This document shows positions 53,901 through 64,000 of a stretch of DNA of 64,000 nt, piece by piece (position 1 is the first letter of the stretch; every line of letters starts with the position of its first letter). Origin of the DNA: Amoebidium appalachense (Eukaryota; Protista; Ichthyosporea). The notes under the pieces are model-generated. The model was given only the letters and a program-made list of their open reading frames with translations. It ran no database searches and was not told the origin of the DNA. The stretch spans positions 2,284,342-2,348,341 of the forward strand of contig CAVNZM010000005.1 of NCBI GenBank assembly GCA_963693365.1, in the 5' to 3' direction. Made by a program: the position numbers and the translations under genes.

Positions 53901-55776
53901 CCCCCCCCCTCTCTCTCCAACCGGGCATGGTTGCTCTGTGTCGTGCATCTGTAAGCACATACGCGTTTGTCGCTGCACTGCATTAGTTTGCACATACATC
54001 TTCACCGTTTTGCTCACCTTGCTTGCATAAGCAACCCTGCTCGTCTTTGATCAAGACGGGTTGACCCACCCAAGTTCAGTTGATGCTGCTGTCTGAGTTG
54101 GAGCGTCGTATATACGCGGGCTAAGGGGTCGAAACTCAGACGCAATTGATGACTTGGGCCCTCCCTGAGGATGGGCTCTGCTTATGACGCATACTGTGCG
54201 CATGGCTGATGCTGCATACTTGAATGTTTGCCTTTGCATGTGTCCTGCACCATGCTTCTCATCGTGTATGCGTACTTCGTACTGTGTTCCGCATTCAAAA
54301 CCCCCCCTGTCTTCTTTCAGAGGTGTCCTTTCAGGACAGACCACTGTGTGGAGACATCTTTACTTCCATGCAACCGGGCATGGTTGCTCTGTGTCGTGCA
54401 TCTGTAAGCACATACGCGTTTGTCGCTGCACTGCATTAGTTTGCACATACATCTTCACCGTTTTGCTCACCTTGCTTGCATAAGCAACCCTGCTCGTCTT
54501 TGATCAAGACGGGTTGACCCACCCAAGTTCAGTTGATGCTGCTGTCTGAGTTGGAGCGTCGTATATACGCGGGCTAAGGGGTCGAAACTCAGACGCAATT
54601 GATGACTTGGGCCCTCCCTGAGGATGGGCTCTGCTTATGACGCATACTGTGCGCATGGCTGATGCTGCATACTTGAATGTTTGCCTTTGCATGTGTCCTG
54701 CACCATGCTTCTCATCGTGTATGCGTACTTCGTACTGTGTTCCGCATTCAAAACCCCCCCTCTCTCTCCCAACCCCATCCCCACCCCACCTCCCCACTCT
54801 CTCTCGTGCCCCCTCCCCCCTCCCCCCTTCTTCTCTTTCACACACACTCTCTCTTTCCCCCCCTTCCCCTGTCTCTCATCCCCGCCCCCTCCCCCCCTTC
54901 CATCTCTCTCGTTCTCTGCTCTCCTTTTCCTGCCCCCCCTCCCCCCTCTTCCTCCTCCCTTCCTCCTTTCCTCCCGCCCCCCTCTCCCCCTCTCCCCTCT
55001 CTCTCTCTCTCTCTGTCTCTACCCCCCCTCCCCCTTCTCTCTCTCTCTTTGACCTCTCTCTCCATATATGTATATCTCCATTTTCCGCGCCTTCTCCCTC
55101 CCTCCCCCCCTCCTCCTCTTTTTCTATCCTCTCGCCCCTTCGACCCCCCTCTCTCTCGCTCTCTTCCCCTTCTCTCTCTCTCTCTCCTCTTTCTCTCTCT
55201 CTCTCTCCCTACCCCCCCCCCCCCTTTCCCCCCTTCTCTGCCTCTCTCTCTTTCTCTCTCCCCCCCCCCCCCCCCCTCCCCCTCTCTCCCTCCCCTTTTC
55301 CCCCCGGCCCCCCCAACCCCCCTTCCGTTCCACACTTTTGCCACTCTCCTCTGCATAGGTTAGGGAGCTGGGAAGCTCTGTGTAGAGGGATAAAACACAC
55401 TTTTTGGTCTTTTGGGATTTCCGTGTATGCTTAACTTATATATATATATATATGGGGGGGGGGTTGCTGCTTCTTGAGCAGACCTGCTCGTTTTTGGGCA
55501 AAACTGTCGTTGGTTGCTGCTGCCTCTGAGCCACAGGGGGATGAGAACCGTGCACTAGAGGTTAGAGAGGTTGAGCCTGGTTTGGTGGATGCATAGGACC
55601 CCCCTGTTGTTCGGTTAAGAATATGTTACCTGCGCAGTTTTGACTTTTGTTTTTTTGTTTTTGTTGTTGTTGTTGTTGTTGCTGTTGTTGGGTTTTGTCA
55701 ACTTTGTCTTGCATGTTTGCCACCCACTGACGCATATGCCCCCCTTCCCCCCCCCCCCCCCCCCCCCCCCCCGCCC

Positions 55777-55844
<68 letters not shown>

Positions 55845-56115
55845 CGCGCACCCGCACCTGCAATACCCGGTCGCCCTGGTCGTGTGCGGCCGCCGCAGCC
55901 CCATCGACATGCCCCGCTGGCAGGGGTTGAGTGACGTCCGCCTTTCCGACCCGACAAAGTCCATTCCCTCGGGCACAACCCCAAATGCCTCCAATGCAAT
56001 TCGGGCCGCAGTAGACGCCCTAGGCCCGGTTGGTGCGGTGATCTATCGCAAGAACGGTACCCCGATCCCCGTGTTGGCTGTGCGGTCGGAAATACCAACA
56101 CCTGCGAAAGAGTAG
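50908..56115 (+). CDS. CPA2-family cation/H+ antiporter (CHX/KHA1-like) with C-terminal cytosolic domain; exons 50908-53523 and 55844-56115
   Basis: QPRVMAEVIGGILLGPSVLGR, GLVMFLFIVGLE, MSITAFPVLARII, GVHAIFGAFIAGL, LLPLYFAYSGLRT, MNTKGLVELIVLNIG, PFFGGNDDR, LVVCGR, LGPVG. The phase-1 intron 53524-55843 is consistent. Two +1 frameshifts in T5 runs (51577-51581, 51738-51742). Confidence 0.93.
54025..54282 (+). repeat. Dispersed structured intronic element, copy C
   Basis: Homologous to copies A and B; lies in the antiporter intron. Confidence 0.85.
54478..54735 (+). repeat. Dispersed structured intronic element, copy D (duplicate of C)
   Basis: Identical to copy C within the tandem duplication. 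Confidence 0.85.
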
Positions 56116-56319
56116 GCAGGTACATAGTGTGATGAAGTTTAGGTGGTGTGTAAAAGACAGCGTGGGTGAAATATGGGGGGATGCTTAAGAGGCGGTTGAG
56201 TTGGTTGGTTTGGTGGTTTTAAGAGCAGTGGTAAATTTATTGATCATTTGGTGTTGGTGCTGCGGTTCATGGTGATGAAAATTCTGTGGTTGGGTGGGTG
56301 GTGGTGGTGGTTTGTGTGT

Positions 56320-56400
<81 letters not shown>

Positions 56401-57006
56401 TGTGTGTTGTTTTTCGGAGGGGTGTTTGGTTGTGGTGGGTGGGGGGGAAAGGGGGGGAAGGTTCTGATATTTGGTTCTGTGTTCGTGACTAGAAAATGAT
56501 TGTTCCTGCCAGTGCGTTAAACAGACTATCATGGTGTCTTACATGTATATACTGTAGTGGTGAGAGAGGGGATTATTTATGTGGCGTAATTGGTTGAAAG
56601 CTTCTGTATTGCTGTATGAAATCATAGAAACATAGATGCCGGCTGTCAATAAACGGCATGAAGATGTAAGGGAATGTTTGAAACCATTACACATGGTATG
56701 ATTGAGCCACACCCATTTCCGATTATTTATTAGTAACCGGTTTTGACTCTCGTGATAAGCTTTAGAGGTTTCATTATAGCCTTATATGATATATAAAAAA
56801 CAACAAGTGAGTTCTGATTGGCTGGACCACGCACATTTGAATCGTGAAAGTCAAAAGTGCAAACCTCCTTTAATACCCATATACAGGTACTACTTTTGAG
56901 CTGTCTGGATGTGGCCCCGCTCACACACAAGCCAAGCCAGAACGTAGGCACACATCCTAAGCACCCGTGCGCGCGCAGTCGCACACGCGCACGCACATAC
57001 ACAGTG

Positions 57007-57114
<108 letters not shown>

Positions 57115-58474
57115 GACAAAGTTCTGGGAGAGCAAGATACCTACACAGGGGCACACTCACACACCTTTCCTATGTCCGGCATCTCTCTCATTCTGCCCAA
57201 GAGGCATATATGGTCGTTGACATCGGCGTTCTTGCACACACCCACCACACACACCCACACACGTACACAGGCACATATGCATGCACATGTACAAGTACAT
57301 CCAGTCGTGTTTGTTTGCACACACACACAGTGATTCCAAGCCTAAAAGTTGAGGCCGAGGGGCTGCCAACCCCATGGTCATGCAAGGGTACCCATGGTTG
57401 TGCATGCACACCTACCCACACGGATATAACAAGCCCCCCCTCCCCCCCCCCTCCCCCACCCTACACATGCCAATTAAACATGTAAGCACCCGATATGTTC
57501 ACTGGAAACACACTTGCCGGGGCCCGGCAGCAAGGACTAATATAGCATAGCAAAACATTCGTTCAGAACATTTATACAAGTTACCTCCACCCCCCCTCTC
57601 CCCCCACCACCCCACCTTCCCTTCCCAGGCTTCAGATCAGAATCTTGCAGCTTGCTGAAGTGAACACTCATCCCTCCTAGCGCAACTCCCACCACCATCA
57701 TGAAAACCAATCACTGATCGATGCAGGACACGATCTCACGCTAAAGGAAAAGTCCATATGAGAGACAGGGAAGGGGAGGGGGGGGGGGATTGAATGCATG
57801 TATCATAGTATATGATGTGAATTTTCACGTGCCCATTCGTACGTACGTCAGATCAAGTCTGGTGTGTATCTTGCCATCCCTCCCCCTCCCCTTCCCCTCC
57901 CTCCCCCTTCCCTTCCCATAAAACACCCAACGGAAACGGGGGAGGACGATACCTATATAACAGCCACACTCGTATGCACTGATCCATTATTTACCCACAC
58001 AAACAGCGATGTTTATCCCATGCGTATCCCGCACATACATACTTGCACGTATATCTCGTAGCAAAAGGTTAAGAATGTATACCCACAATTACCGCCGGCC
58101 CTTGTCTGCATATTTTCCCCCAGACTGTTTGTTGTCCAAGGAAGCAGAAACTACCCCATACTTTGGCTATGTTTCTGTTCATTGTTTTGTGCTCCTTTCC
58201 ATTTTAAGAATACCAGACAGTGTCTGAGGATTGAGTCTTCTTCAGCGGCATTACGTTTATCTATCGTATAAAAGGATGTGAATTTTCCAACAAGCAAGCC
58301 TGATTATCTAATAGGTTGCATATCCAACTACTACGTCTACGAAAACTGCGCTTTCTAAATTGAAAACCATATTCAAAAATTCCCGGCCATAAAAGATGTG
58401 ACCTACTGGCCCCTAAGAGTCGTACACTCCAATGACCTGCAAATTCACACGAGATGCACCCAGAATATCGGAAA

Positions 58475-63859
<5,385 letters not shown>

Positions 63860-64000
63860 CTGCAGGTGTGCATGGGGTTAGGGATATTGGGCGGGTGGGG
63901 ATGGAAGAGTTAGTAGAAGTTTAATCTGTACATTTGAAAACGGGGACAGGGGTGAAGTGCATACACATAGGCGGCATGAAACCACTCGGTGTTTGGAGTG

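Larger units (their letters stand above)
53918..54761. repeat. Tandem duplication, two apparently identical ~390-bp units with a 453-bp period (53918-54308, 54371-54761)
   Basis: Directly visible; both units begin CAACCGGGCATGG and end CAAAACCCCCCCT. Confidence 0.95.

Noticed and set aside
54140-54180. Hammerhead ribozyme (CTGAGGA matches CUGANGA; GAAAC nearby) in the repeat element
   Set aside because: Stem II arms are not complementary, there is no GUH cleavage triplet in the required place, and copy B has CAAAAC instead of GAAAC.

Overview
Intron-rich eukaryotic genomic DNA, probably a protist or early-diverging opisthokont; the taxon cannot be determined from this window. Introns are packed with poly-G/C, (CA)n/(TG)n and (CT)n tracts, so most ORFs in the supplied track are low-complexity noise. 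Gene models below were spliced by hand. Contents: (1) a poly(A)-tailed APE+RT non-LTR retrotransposon (- strand, ~4.9-8.45 kb); (2) poorly resolved exon-like segments at ~3.4-3.7 kb and ~11-19.6 kb; (3) a ~21-exon TKL-type kinase gene (- strand, 20188-37553) with a kinase-SAM-C1-helical domain architecture; (4) a 6-exon DDE transposase-like gene (+ strand, 39007-46944) carrying an apparently intact DnaQ/WRN-like 3'-5' exonuclease inside its catalytic core; (5) a CPA2/CHX cation:H+ antiporter (+ strand, 50908-56115); (6) an HGSNAT homologue (- strand, from 58475, 5' end outside the window). Highlights: a dispersed, foldable ~160-260 nt element present four times, always sense within host introns and showing compensatory stem changes; an elevated rate of GC-AG introns; an array of branch-point-like repeats before a splice acceptor; and five +1 homopolymer frameshifts that are probably assembly errors.
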